64,000 bases of DNA from Tubulanus polymorphus (taxonomy: Eukaryota; Animalia; Nemertea), in NCBI RefSeq assembly GCF_964204645.1, contig NC_134036.1, forward strand, positions 2,046,001 to 2,110,000, read 5' to 3'. Under the pieces are notes generated by a model. It did not search any database and was not told the origin of the DNA. It saw nothing but the letters and a program-made list of their open reading frames with translations. Positions 11,285-37,046 of the stretch are shown here, piece by piece; the stretch's first letter is position 1, and the number at the start of each line of letters is the position of its first letter. The position numbers and the translations under genes were made by a program.

Positions 11285-11964
11285 TGAAAAAAATATTAAT
11301 TATTATTGAAATTATTTTAATAATGTATTCAATTACGATCTAATATTGTAAAAAGAAAATATAACACAAATAAATATCATTATCATTATCCAGTTTTAAA
11401 TTCCACTATAGTCAAATTTGTCTGGGGTTTTCATATCATCCTGGATCATTCTGAGGACAGTTGTACAGTCATTGCTTAGAATTTTAGATCGTTTCTATAA
11501 CCAATCTAACGAATCGCCCTGAAATTCCTAAATTAATCGAAATAGAAAAATAAAAATGAAATAAAACTTGTTCTGGTGTAAGACATTTGGTCTGATCTCC
11601 CGTGATGAGAGGAAATAGGAGCGCGTTATCAGAAGATAGTGACATGTAGATTTCCAGGACCGCTATATAAAGCTGGGTTCACTCAGTCCTGGTCTCCACA
11701 CAGATATCCGTCGTTCTTAGTACAACCATACTGTGGTACATCAGACACTAAGGTGAAAAGCTGGCATGTTGCCAGGACGCCACACGCTCAACTGCTGGTG
11801 CAGTTAAAAAACTCTCCGTTGAAAGTTCGAAAATTATTTAATCGTTGAAATAATTCTGATTTTCTGATTCAATGCTGTGCATTGGCTTTCAACACACTGT
11901 GACGTCACATTGTCCGAATGTGAATGGTCGGCGAATATCTGTGAATGTTTACCGGCACCAATCG

Positions 11965-12193
11965 GGCGGACCGGATGGCTTAGTCGGTCGGCGACTAGCG
12001 TGTCACCGCTGTGGCCCAGGTTCGAGTCTCGGAGGAGGCGGGTCAGGATGTGGCAAATGATCTCCGGTAAGCGGGCGAGTCGAGAGTACTGTCCTCCCTG
12101 GAATGAGGTTGCTAATGCGTGAGTCCTACAGAATATCTGGCGTGGGGTAAATTATGTTTAATTCAGTCGTTTCTGGCTGAATTATTTATTTAT
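11965..12193 (+). mobile_element. tRNA-derived SINE (Asp-like head)
   Basis: A-box TGGCTTAGTCGG, anticodon-like GCGTGTCACCGC, B-box GGTTCGAGTC, GC-rich body, (TTAT)n-like tail. Confidence 0.6.
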
Positions 12194-13793
12194 CCCACAA
12201 TGCCGGTCCAGGTTGCGGAGTAATTCCCCCAGGGACCTTCGATTTTTTTACAATATTAGTTTGTTATTTTAAGTTGACTGGTGAGGGTTTAGGAAATTTT
12301 TTATTTTTGTTTCGAAAAAATCCCAACGAGAATTCCGTAGATGTAATGCAGATGTAATGTAAGTAATGCAGCTATCGATCTCCAGGTAAATTGACAAAAC
12401 TTCAATGATTTTTTAAACTTCGCCAGAGTAGACTCAGAGTAGATGTGTACGCAGCGACGTCTGGTAAACGTGTGTATAAAATCGGCTAAAAACGACAATC
12501 CAATAGAGAATCGCTCACTGGAGACCTGACATACGCTCTACTACACAATAGTGCCGCGTGACTGCACAAACCCTTAGGCAAACTTCAATATTCCCGAAGC
12601 TTAACTCGAAAATAGTAAAATTGAGCCGGAATTATAGTTCAAAACAAGACGTAAATAGAAGGGAACATCTACGCTTAAGTTTGTTGGATAGTTTAGATAA
12701 ACCTGCAGTATGCAATTTTAGGCTAAAATCCTAGCATTCGGTATTCTATCTTTAACAATATGTGTCTCTATGAATAGTCGAATTAAACTCGATGACCTGT
12801 AGGTCCCATTGAAAATGTTTGGCACGAATTGAATGGTTCTCGAGGATTAGCGTCACGGACTCGGGTCTGTCACAGGAATGCGCGATCGAGCCTTCTGATT
12901 GATCCACTCCGGTCGCCTCGATGATGCAACGTCGCTGATTGGTCGACGTAGGTATTAGAAGCGCGGTTCGAGCCTCCCGATGCCAGTCCGAGAACCGATG
13001 TCCAGTGATGAAGGTTTACCTATAAGAGCTCTGCAACAAGGCGTGAAGAACGTGTGGCTTCAAGCGAACAACTTACTAATTAGCGGTTGATGATGTTAGG
13101 AGAGACTGGAACGTGATGGAATTAGTGACGCGTAGCGATTGGGAACGCCATATGAGACTGACGGCTGTTGGTGCTGACGATTGCAGAGGAGATCCCGATA
13201 CTGTTGCTGCTGCTGCTTCTGCTGTTAATGTCGGATTTCAACTACAAACCGATGACGGCTCACTTGCTGATGAGGACGAGTTGCTGGTGTTGCCGATTTC
13301 CGATGTTCTATTTCAAGATGCACACATTTTGATCAGGTTAGAAATTTCGTATAGAATTCAAAACTCTGAATCGAATCTTTCGAAAATTATCGCGTTTTGA
13401 CTGTTGAACCAAATTCGGCTTCATTTGAAGCGAAATTGCATTTTGAAATTCAAACTCAAACTCTAGTTCAGTTTTCAAATGGCTTTTGGTCTTTGTCTCC
13501 TCGGGGTTAGTCGTTTTTAGTCGCAATTTTATACATTATGAATATTGTGTCTTTTTAGGGTTAAACCGAAACCAGTTCGCTATTACTGACAACTACATGT
13601 ACACGACTCGTTTGTCGCAACGTCCTGAACTAGTTTGCTGCTGCGGCTGCTGTATTGGGAACAGCATCAACCCACATGCTGTTTCGGTTTCTTTACATCA
13701 AGATAAGGTTATTAAATTAAACTGCACCCATCCGGAATCGTTCTCCAGTTCATCCGATTTCTTTTTCAGCCGGCAATATCTGAGGGCGAGTTA

Positions 13794-14441
13794 CATCTTC
13801 AAACCTCGAGACGCAGACTCCACTCCGACTACAGCACCATATTCAAACCTCGAGACGCAGACTCCACTCCGACTACAGCACCATATTCAAACCTCGAGAC
13901 GCAGACTCCACTCCGACTACAGCACCATATTCAAACCTCGAGACGCAGACTCCACTCCGACTACAGCACCATATTCAAACCTCGAGACGCAGACTCTACT
14001 CCCGACTACGGCACCATCTTCAAACCTGGAGACGCAGACTCTACTCCCGACTACAGCAACATCTTCAAACCTGGAGACGCAGACTCTACTCCCGACTACG
14101 GCACCATCTTCAAACCTCGAGACGCAGACTCTACTCCGACTACGGCACCATCTTCAAACCTCGAGACGCAGACTCTACTCCCGTCTACGGCACCATCTTC
14201 AAACCTCGAGACGCAGACTCTACTCCCGACTACAGCAACATCTTCAAACCTGGAGACGCAGACTCTACTCCCGACTACGGCACCATCTTCAAACCTCGAG
14301 ACGCAGACTCTACTCCGACTACGGCACCATCTTCAAACCTCGAGACGCAGACTCTACTCCCGTCTACGGCACCATCTTCAAACGACGCAGACTCTACTCC
14401 CGTCTACGGCACCATCTTCAAACGACGCAGACTCTACTCCG
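13794..14441. repeat. 44/45-bp minisatellite, ~15 units
   Basis: TTCAAACCTCGAGACGCAGACTC[C/T]ACTCC(C)GACTAC[A/G]GCACCAT repeats; this explains the 329-aa ORF. Confidence 0.95.
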
Positions 14442-14777
14442 TCATTATTTCGTTTTGCCGCATGTTATAAAGTAACGTAAATAAATAAACGTCCATCTAT
14501 ATATAAAATGCTCGTCTTCAATAAAATCTCTTTGTCTCTGGCACTTTGCCCCGGAAAGGACTCTTTCCGCTTACAACTTCTCACGTTCAAGGAAAGGACA
14601 AAGTCAAAAAGGAAAGTCAAAAAGGAAAGGACAAACGCAGACAAACGCAAAGTACAAATCAAAGCATTTATTCCAAATTCAAAGTAGGAATTTCTTACAG
14701 CTTGTTTGCAAAAGTAAAATTCAACATTTTATTGAAACATCAAAAATTCCAACAGCTTGTTAAGAAGTAAAAATTAT

Positions 14778-14840
14778 GGGATTTGAACCACCAACCATTC
14801 GACTAGCAGTCCAGCACCCTACCAACTACGCTATAGGGCT
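14778..14840 (-). pseudogene. tRNA-like sequence (GCT anticodon loop); SINE head or tRNA pseudogene
   Basis: Minus strand TAGCGTAGTTGGTAGGGTGCTGGACTGCTAGTCGAATGGTTGGTGGTTCAAATCCC has A and B boxes but no acceptor stem. Confidence 0.55.
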
Positions 14841-14959
14841 ATATACTGACAGCACACAGAGGAACTCCTATTTATCCATTGCTTAAGCAAATTTTATCAA
14901 AAAAAATAATGCCATCTACCGGGTGATACAGGAACTAGAGTTCCTATCTCAACCCGGTA

Positions 14960-15170
14960 GATGACTGAGAGAATGAAAGAGAGATGAGAGAGGAGAATGA
15001 AACAATGAGAGAGAGGATGGCATATCACCTGAAGTGAGAATGAGAGTGAGTAAGGAGAGATGAGAGAGTAAGGAGAGATGAGAGTGAGGAGGGGAATGAG
15101 AGAGTGAGAGATGAGGATGAGAGAGGATAGAAAGAGATAGAGAGAGGATAGGATAGCATATCACCTGAAC
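14960..15170. repeat. Purine-rich low-complexity (GA) tract
   Basis: Degenerate GAGA/GAGAT repeats. Confidence 0.8.
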
Positions 15171-15519
15171 TTTTATGTTCCTCTTGTTTTCTATTTAGGA
15201 TGCTGTAAGCAGTTTTACAGTTTCTAGTTCAAACAGATATTTATCCCATCAGCAGCAATGTTATTATTTCGTCCTCGTGGACATTAGAGTTCTCCCATTA
15301 TATCCGTTCGTTCGTTCGTTTATCCTCTCTGCCCACACATATTTATGCAGTTCATCTGATGTAGTCCTGATCAACAAACACAAACGTCAATAGTTCCACC
15401 GTATCGATAACGAACGTCCTAAAAATATACATGAAATTTAATAGATTTGAGCCCACCTGGTCAAACACAGTTAGAGTCTAATTACCGGTGAATCAGAAAA
15501 ATGGCAATCTAAGGTATCT

Positions 15520-16200
15520 CCCAAAATGAGGGTCAAGGGTCAAATATTTTTTGTCTCCGATTTCGATGAAATCCAGTATAGACATGTATTTAAAGGTGCT
15601 GATCACAAATCTGAAAGAATTTTTCGGATCCAGGGCCCCAAAAATGAGAAATTTGAATTTTTAGGGGGACCCCTAAATTTTCAAAAGGCCTTGGACCCCA
15701 GAGTTTTCGAGATATTCAAAATCTGATTGCAGATTTGGAATCAGCACCCTTGAAAATAGTAAGCGCTAAAATTGCAAGCAAATTGAAGAGATTCGATTTT
15801 TTGGCCAAAAATGGCAAAAATCTAAGGTCCAGGAGTTTTTTTCGGGCAAAAAATTTTTTTTTCTCTGATTCCTTCGAAACTTGGTAGGAAGATGTATTCT
15901 GGCGTGTAGAATCCGGATCTGCAATCAGATTTTGAATCGGAGTTCAACTTCATGGCCAAATTAGGGTTTAATTGGCCAAAATATGCACCCCAAAAATGGG
16001 GTACAAAGTCAAAATTTTTTTTCACCCTATTTTCATAAAATTTAGTACAGACATGGTTTTTGGGGTGCTGATCACGAATATGAAATTAATTTCTGGATCA
16101 AAAGCCCCTAAAATGAAACATTCAGGATTTCATGTTTTGACCCCTAATTTTTTCACTAATTTTATGAAATACGATTTTTTATTTAACCCGTAAATCGCAT
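15520..16200. repeat. Direct and inverted sub-repeats (GGTGCTGATCAC.AAT.TGAAA), probable DNA-transposon subterminal remnant
   Basis: Motif at ~15595 and ~16064, a diverged copy at ~15900, and an inverted copy at ~15725-15750. Confidence 0.45.
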
Positions 16201-17714
16201 TGATCAAACGAAAAATGGAGAAGAAGAGCTAATTTGCATAACCAATGGAGGCAGAGAGAGAGAGAGGAAGAGGAAAAGCGAGGGAGAGAGAGGAGAGAGA
16301 CAAGAGAGAGGTGAGTGAGAACCTTCATCATATTTCTCAACGAAACAATGTTCTATAATTCAGAGTCGCATTCTATTTTTGAAATGATTAATTTTTGAAT
16401 AGCCCAGAACCACGACACAGTGAAATGCTAACGACCAGAAACGCTTATGTGTCAAATTAATAGGTCGAATAGGTGAACGACCAAAACTGGTACCTGGCTA
16501 CAGGTAATCAAATACAGTATTATCAAATGAGCTAAGATGAAGGTCCAATGTTTACACACCCAATACAATAAGGAGAAGGATATATTCACCTGTCACTGTT
16601 TGGCTGAATCCGAATTTGGTGCCGGAAATCTTCCAATGTTGTTGTAAATCCATTAATGCTTTTAGGTTTTAGTTCATAGTCCAAACACATTACATTTAAT
16701 CTGTTGACAGCATCGCGAAACTATTTAAGTCCATATTATGGTGAATCCTCGAGAGACAGTTTTAAACGCTATGATGCATTCCTTTGTTCACTGAGTGTTC
16801 CGTGAATGTTATGTCATGATAGGTCGTTTAGCGTGAAACTGCTGGTGAATTCGCGCTTAGAATTCGCCGTTTCAAAGTTCCGTGTAGAGGCGAAATCGAT
16901 GAAATATCCAAGATGTCGAAGATGATAAGGATCGAGTCCACCATGGATTATGAAATTTAAAACAAAGGAAAACAAAATTAAAATTGTATTTACAGACATC
17001 TAAACGGTGCCAGTGACAAGAAAACCTCGCAGTAGGCAGGACACAGTTAAACAGTTGTGACTCAAGTCAAAAATGTTTTGGAATTTCAAAGACAGGTATT
17101 TAGGTTGGTAGATTGGTTTTTGCCAAATTGTTTACTGTGCTTACTTATTAAATCCCTTTAAACACTTTGCTGAAATCAAAGTAATCTTCAGCGCCTTCGA
17201 AGGCATTTTCGTTTTGAAGGAGTTTTTAAGGTATGACAACGTCAAAATCAACGAACCGAAACTAAAACGAATTTAGATAGAACTCTTTCGGTATCAATAC
17301 ATACAACAGTTTAGATCTACGAGTTGATATAGACGCCATTGGGTTCGAGTCCCAATTATTCCAGTGGTTCAGAGGTTTTATGGTGTAATGTAGATTTCGG
17401 CAAATAATGCAACTAGGACTTAAATTTCTTTTTCACCATACAACAGATAATTTGGGTTCGAATCCCAATTATTCCAACAGCAAAGTGGAATTAATGTGAA
17501 ATTCAAATTTCGGCTAATATAAGACCAGAGCTTCAATTACTTAATTCATTAACCGATAACGTTATCAAAGATTGCACAGAAAATAACAGCCCGATAATTG
17601 AAAAACCACAGAATATTTCATACAGTCGTTTCGAAACTTACGCCTGATTTTGCCCTCATAAATTCCTTACGAATAGGGTCACATTATAAAGATTATCGTA
17701 TTCTAACTAATTCC

Positions 17715-19237
17715 ATAAGCCTAAACAATGAGCTGAATTGAAGACAACAACTAATTTCATAGATTCAAAGTCTAAACAATGAGTCTAATTGAAGACAATC
17801 ACCAATTTCATAGATTCAAAGCCTAAACAATGGGTTTAATTGAAGAAAATAACTAATTTCATAGATTCCAAGCCTAAACAATGAGTCTAATTGAAGGCAA
17901 TAACTAATTTCAAACATTCCAAGCCTAAGCAATGAGTCTAATTAAAGGCAATAATTAATTTCAAACATTCCAAGCCTAAACAATGAGTTTAAATTGATGA
18001 CAATAACTAATTTCAAACATTCCAAGCCTAAACAATGAGTTTAATTGAAGACAACAACTAATTTCAAACATTCCAAGCCTAAACAATGAGTCTAATTGAA
18101 GGCAATAACTAATTTCAAATATTTCAAGCCTAAACAATGAGTTAAATTGATGACAATAACTAATTTCATCTATTTAAAGTCTAAACAATGAGTCAAATTG
18201 AAGACAATAACTAATTTCATAGATTCAAAGCCCAAACAATGAGTCTATTTGAAGACAATAACCAATTTCAAACATTCCAAGCCCGAATAATGAGTTAGAT
18301 TAAAGACAATGACTAATTACAAAGATTCCAAGCCTAAACAACGTGTCAAATTGAAGACAATATCTTATTTCAAATTATTCAAAGCCCAAACAATGAGTTA
18401 GATTAAAGACAACAACTAATATCAAACATTCCAAGCCTAAACAATGAGCTCAATTGAAGACAATAACTAATTTCAAAGATTCAAAACATTAACAATGAGT
18501 TTTATTGAACACAATAACTAATTTTAAAGATTAAAAGCCTAAACAATGAGTTTAAATGAAGACAATAACTAATTTTAAAGATTCAAAGCCTAAACAATAA
18601 GCTTAATTGAAGACAATAATTAATTTCAAAGATTCAAAGCCTAAACAATGAGTCTTATTGAAGACAATTAAGCTTAATTGAAGACAATAATTAATTTCAA
18701 AGATTCAAAGCCTAAACAATGAGTTTAATTGAAGACACTAACTAATTTTAGAGATTAAAAGCCTAAACAATGAGTCTAATTGAAGACAATAACTAATCTT
18801 AAAGATTCAAAGCCTAAACAATGAGTCTAATTGAAGACAATAACTAATTTTAAAGATTCAAAGCCCAGACAATGAGTCTTATTGAAGACAATAATTAATT
18901 TTAAAGATTCAAAGCCTAAACAATGAGTTTAATTGAAGACAATAACTAATTTTAAAGATTCAAAGCCTAGACAATGAGTTTAATTGAAGACAATAACTAA
19001 TTTTAAAGATTCAAAGCCTAAACAATGAGTTTAATTGAAGACAATAACTAATTTTAAAGATTCAAAGCCTAAACAATGAGTTTAATTGAAGACAATAACT
19101 AATTTTAAAGATTCAAAGCCTAAACAATGAGTTTAATTGAAGACAATAACTAATTTTAAAGATTCAAAGCCTAAACAATGAGTTTAATTGAAGACAATAA
19201 CTAATTTTAAAGATTCAAAGCCTAGACAATGAGTTTG
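17715..19237. repeat. 51-bp satellite, ~30 units
   Basis: AAGCCTAAACAATGAGTTTAATTGAAGACAATAACTAATTTTAAAGATTCA period. Confidence 0.97.
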
Positions 19238-21353
19238 AAACAACAACAAAAAAAACACTGTGATGTAATCTCACTTCCCCAATAAGGATTCAGTCTACCG
19301 TGTCAAAGTTCATCATTACACTCATTAACTGAACCGAATGTTTCCTAAATAAACAACAACATTAGAATCTCAACTTACAAATTCATTTGTGTTTGTTTGT
19401 GAGCATCTTCGTGGTTTATCTTTTCCTTGTGGAGAGAAGTGACAACCAAGTTACAGTAGACAGCTCACATGATTCATCTATCGGGACCGGTGGGTCTAGT
19501 TAACATGTATTGGATATCAGGTCCTGATAGATGATGGCGAGGAAGATCCAGAATCTACCAAATGTTGGTTCAACAAACTGACAGCAGGTCCTGAGGAAAA
19601 GGTGCCCACCTGAAAAAAACCATTTAACATCACCATCAAATCAACTAAACCAGAGGCTATTTATATTTCAAGTAGAAATGCTAATCACATAGGTAGCCTC
19701 AAGCCTGACCTAACTTAAATCTCACACATGGAAATGGGGCTTCAACGTCTACTCACCAATTCGTGTTTTTAAACTGATGAATGATTTTTGAAGTTCATAG
19801 CATAGCAAATCCTGACGAGGGACTCCATTTTATCTAACCCATGAATCGTTAGAATTTCCGTAGAAGCTACTGTCGATGTTTTAGTTTAGTCAGCGCGTGC
19901 TGGCAGCAATTAGGTACTGGTTAGTTGAATGCTGAAGGGTACCATCTGAAAATAAAACCATCAAAACATTTAATTCAACCTATTAGCAAGAGATAGTCTT
20001 CATCTAGAGAGGGTTCAATTCAAATCGGTGTATTATTGATCGATTATTCCTTTCAAACACCGAGGACAATGTGTTATCGTATAAACCGGTTTATCACAAT
20101 GCTTTGTACATTTTCAACGGACAGTGACAATGCGGGTCACCGCCGTACTACAGTTTGATAATATCTATCTGACCTTGAAAGCGTTTTATACTTCAACATT
20201 CTACAGTATGATATAGATATATCAGATATTTTTACCACTCCCAGGAAAATGAGATATCAATATCGTCGTTATCTCCTAATTAGATATCGTTATCTCCTTT
20301 TAGTCGAATTTAGATGTGAACACAAAATCAAAACCGTTTCGATAGAAAATCAATTTCATTTTCACTTTGTAAAACACCTTACATATGCTCACCCAACGGT
20401 TTGTACCTCAGGCATAGGGCTAGTGAGTGAGACAAAAATTAATAATGACTATTTTACACCCTCTGAATCAGATAAACCTATTTACTTTTCAACAGTCTTT
20501 TATTTTTCCTGAGTATCCTAACAAAACTTAGATCTCTGCAACAAGGAATCTGTGCTATCCAACAAATATCAATGAACCATTTAACACCAGATAGGGTTCC
20601 CTAACACATATTTGTTAACTTTTCAACACCTCACACGCTAGTATGACAAGACCTAGGTCCCTGCAATGAGGTATTTATGTTACCCAAAAATCATTTATCA
20701 ACACCTCATATCCTACCCTGGTAGTTTTACAAATCGTGTATCTCTGCAATAAGGCATTAGCGTTTACCTCAAAGATCAAACTTCAAACACCTTTTAGGCT
20801 TCCTTAGTGATTTAAAAAATCATGTATTCCTGCAATAGGTGGGTCCCATTATTGGTGTTGCTCGAATTGGAAGTTTAATCAGGCGGACTCCTTCTGAATG
20901 GACGGTGTTTTTATGGATCTCTTAAGCCAACATCTTCTGAAGAGCTGTTGGGACGATAATGATTGTCTACTGGAACTGGGACCGAATTTCAAACTTCGAA
21001 CTCAACCGAAAACTGCCGGAACTCGAGAGTATTGTGAAATATATTTCTCCCTTAGCCTAGTCAATTGGTGTCCGAGTTTCCGGAAAAATAAAATACGTCT
21101 CTTACCTGCTTTTACATTAGCTATACCGAGGACCGGTGAGAGAGATTCGTCAACACACGTCCGTAACCTCATCTACTTCCGCCAGAACGACCTCCACAGT
21201 CGCGCGATTCGGAACAAGTCTTACGTTACCGGCTGACCTTGACTTGCGAACGACCTCCACAGTCGCGCGATTGGGACGTCTTTACGTTACCGTGACCTTG
21301 ACTTGCATACCGTACGCATCGCCACAAATGCCAGACGACTAAGGATAGTTGAT

Positions 21354-21420
21354 GGTCGGTGGCCGAGTGGTTTACGCTCTTGGCCGCTGCACTGCGGAGC
21401 TGGGTACGAATCCCAAAAGC
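21354..21420 (+). pseudogene. Degenerate tRNA-like / SINE head
   Basis: A-box TGGCCGAGTGG and B-box-like GGTACGAATCC at tRNA spacing; stems are incomplete. Confidence 0.45.
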
Positions 21421-22014
21421 CCCCATTGTATATTTTGGGAAAAATTCTCATTTTGCTTTACTAAGGCCTATTGATTAATTATCCAATCTGCCATTTCATT
21501 TGAGTAAAAGCTTTGCCATTTTTTCCAATGTCTTAAGGAGCCCAACTTTATCGGCAGCAAATTCGAAGACACCGTGCAATTTATGAGGAGTAATTTCTGG
21601 AGTAATTTCCTCGAGCAAACGAAAAAACCGAACAAAAAAAAAATGAAATGAAAACAGTGCATACGAATTTTTTATCACAAAATTTATTCCACTATCATTA
21701 ATTATTATTAGTATTATTATTAATAATATCATCATCATTATTATTATTATAATCAGGGTTGATATCAATATGGTTAGCATAATCAATATTATTCAGATTT
21801 TCACATAACCTCTTTATATAACATTATATATGGAACATAATCAACATAATTGATATTCATTTTTATTTACATCACTATTTTCATATACTGATATATAGAT
21901 ACTAGTACGTAGAGTTATATAGCGCCGGTATTATCGATTTTAGACGATATTTATCGATAGTAATATTGATTTACCACCTAGGGTATCATTTTATCATAGG
22001 ATCCACAAAAGAAA

Positions 22015-22440
22015 TCAAACCCACACAACTGGATTCAGAGTCAAATTAAACCCACATAACTATGGAACTGGATCCAGAGTCGAATTGAACCCACACAACT
22101 GTTGAACTGGATTCAGAGTCCAATAAAACCTACACAACTGTGGAACTAGGTTAAGAGTTAAATTAAATCCACATAACTGTGGAACTGGATCCAGAGTCGA
22201 ATTGAACCCACACAACTGTTGAACTGGATTCAGAGTCCAATAAAACCTACACAACTGTGGAACTAGGTTAAGAGTAAAATTAAACCCACATAATTGTGGA
22301 ACAGGATCCAGAGTCGAATTGAACCCACACAGCTGTGGAACTGGATCCCGCAGCAAATTAAGCCCTTGTGGAACCGTGCCTGGAGAACCTACATAACTGT
22401 GGAACTGGATCCAGAAACTCTAATAAAACACAACTGTAGA
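22015..22440. repeat. 39-bp minisatellite with 117-bp (3-mer) higher-order repeat
   Basis: AAACCCACACAACTGTGGAACTGGATCCAGAGTCAAATT units; variants recur at 117-bp spacing (22081, 22198, 22315). Confidence 0.92.
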
Positions 22441-23596
22441 TATCATTAAATCCTAGTCATCGAAACGCCGCCTGCAGAAATTCGAACAATATGCATTATT
22501 GACTATATCCATCATAGTTATCATACAAGGTATAATCATTTTCGTCATCGATCAATAAATACACATGTGCATGTCACATGCACGTATGGGGCGCTTGTAC
22601 ATGTAAATTTAGGACAACATTTTCGATCGATACACTTACGTACTATTAACCACATTCTAAGGGGACATGATTTATGGAAAGCAGTGTTAGCAACTTTACC
22701 AGTTCAGTGACATTACTAACTACATCATAAGTACTGTTTGAATTGTGACCAACTAAAAACAAAATATGAATTTCGACTCTTACGGCGAAACGACGAAACA
22801 AAACGCTCATGGACGATCGGACCTTAGATTGTATAATTCATTTTTTTACCAAGATTTGAAATGAAATGATTTTAAAACGAAAGTCGTACGTCCGATATCG
22901 TTACGGAGTTTAAAGTCGTATGTCCGATGTCGTAAGGAGTTTAATTAAAACGACCACACTACAATGTCCGAATGGCTGCAGTTTGAAACTTGCATCGAAG
23001 CGCGGAAAATTGCTTAGTAATTCTTTCGACCCTCTCTGTCGTCCAAGGGTATATTGCCCAAACAGTTGGCCACAGATAAGTTGACATAGTGACGATTATA
23101 ACTGTTACTGTGGCTGTTTCAACAAACTTGAGAAACTGGTCCATCCAAACTCTCTTGTAATATAGAAGTTTCTCGTTAATTTGAAGAAGTGCTCAAAGTT
23201 TGGTTTACGTAACTGGTAAGTTGGCATGGTGCCAATGAAGTTTTCATCGTTACTATGTTAACCGCAGTTTGAGGAACCGACCCAGGAGGTTCGAAGGCAA
23301 CCGAAAAAAAGGTAGCTAATATATTTCTGAAATACATTTACAAGAAACGAGGCTAACGCGCGCCACGAAGCGTCTACGGCAAGCGAGGGTTTTTTTTTCG
23401 GCACGCACATTAAAACACGACAATCTACATATTCACTTATTCACGAATGTAGAATACTTTCAGTGTGGTCGTTGATACTTCTTCGTTTTTTTTTTGTTGT
23501 TGTTTTTTATTTAAGCTTTTCGCTTACGTAATCTAACGTATCAAAAAAGTGTCGACACGAAAACCGATGATATAATTTTTTCGGCACGGTACCACA

Positions 23597-23923
23597 GGCG
23601 CCATCTATATCTCATTAATGATACTAATACGTCGTCATGGTTATAACGGCCGATAAGTAGGCGCCATCTTTTTTCCACACGGCCCGACGTCCAATCACAG
23701 AGGAGTTCATCATACTAATTTTATATATTCATGATATGTACACTTCACATCACCACACTAACACACACGCGCACGTGAGCGCCACCTGGCGTCTGAATAC
23801 GAAATCGATTAATTCCGATAAAACGTAAATGTCATCTTTCACGAATATGTACACTCCGTGCGCCACCTGGCGGCTCATTTACCACGTGTATGAATGTGTG
23901 CATTCCGTGCGCCACCTGGTGGC
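23597..23923 (-). promoter_or_regulatory. Cluster of co-oriented CTCF-like motifs in the 3' UTR/flank of the cyclase
   Basis: GCGCCACCTGG at 23779, 23860 and 23909 (reverse GCCACCAGGTGGCGC); GGCGCCATCT at 23597 and 23660. Confidence 0.5.
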
Positions 23924-24066
23924 CGAGCCGATCGGTCGAGTGAACCCACGTTTCTCAACAATAAATTTCTCGAATTTCAAACGACATTAAAAACAACCAA
24001 CAATAACGCGCGTTGAGTCCGGTATCGTAGCGACCGTACGCGCGTTACGCGTCGTTATAGTTACCC

Positions 24067-37046
<12,980 letters not shown>

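Larger units (their letters stand above)
186..11530 (+). repeat. Tandem segmental duplication, ~4.6-kb unit (about 2.2 units), carrying the propeller/coiled-coil gene
   Basis: Offsets 191->4790 (4599) and 3189->7791 (4602). Non-coding 940-3190 vs 5545-7790 is near-identical by eye. The third unit is partial, interrupted by the TIR element at 9952-11284, and degenerate at 11285-11530. Confidence 0.95.

Noticed and set aside
13486-14475. 329-aa ORF
   Set aside because: It runs through a 44/45-bp minisatellite and its translation switches between repeat frames. It has a TTG start and no domain features.
14778-14840. Functional tRNA-Ser(GCT) gene
   Set aside because: No paired acceptor stem, an imperfect anticodon stem and no long variable arm; kept only as tRNA-derived.
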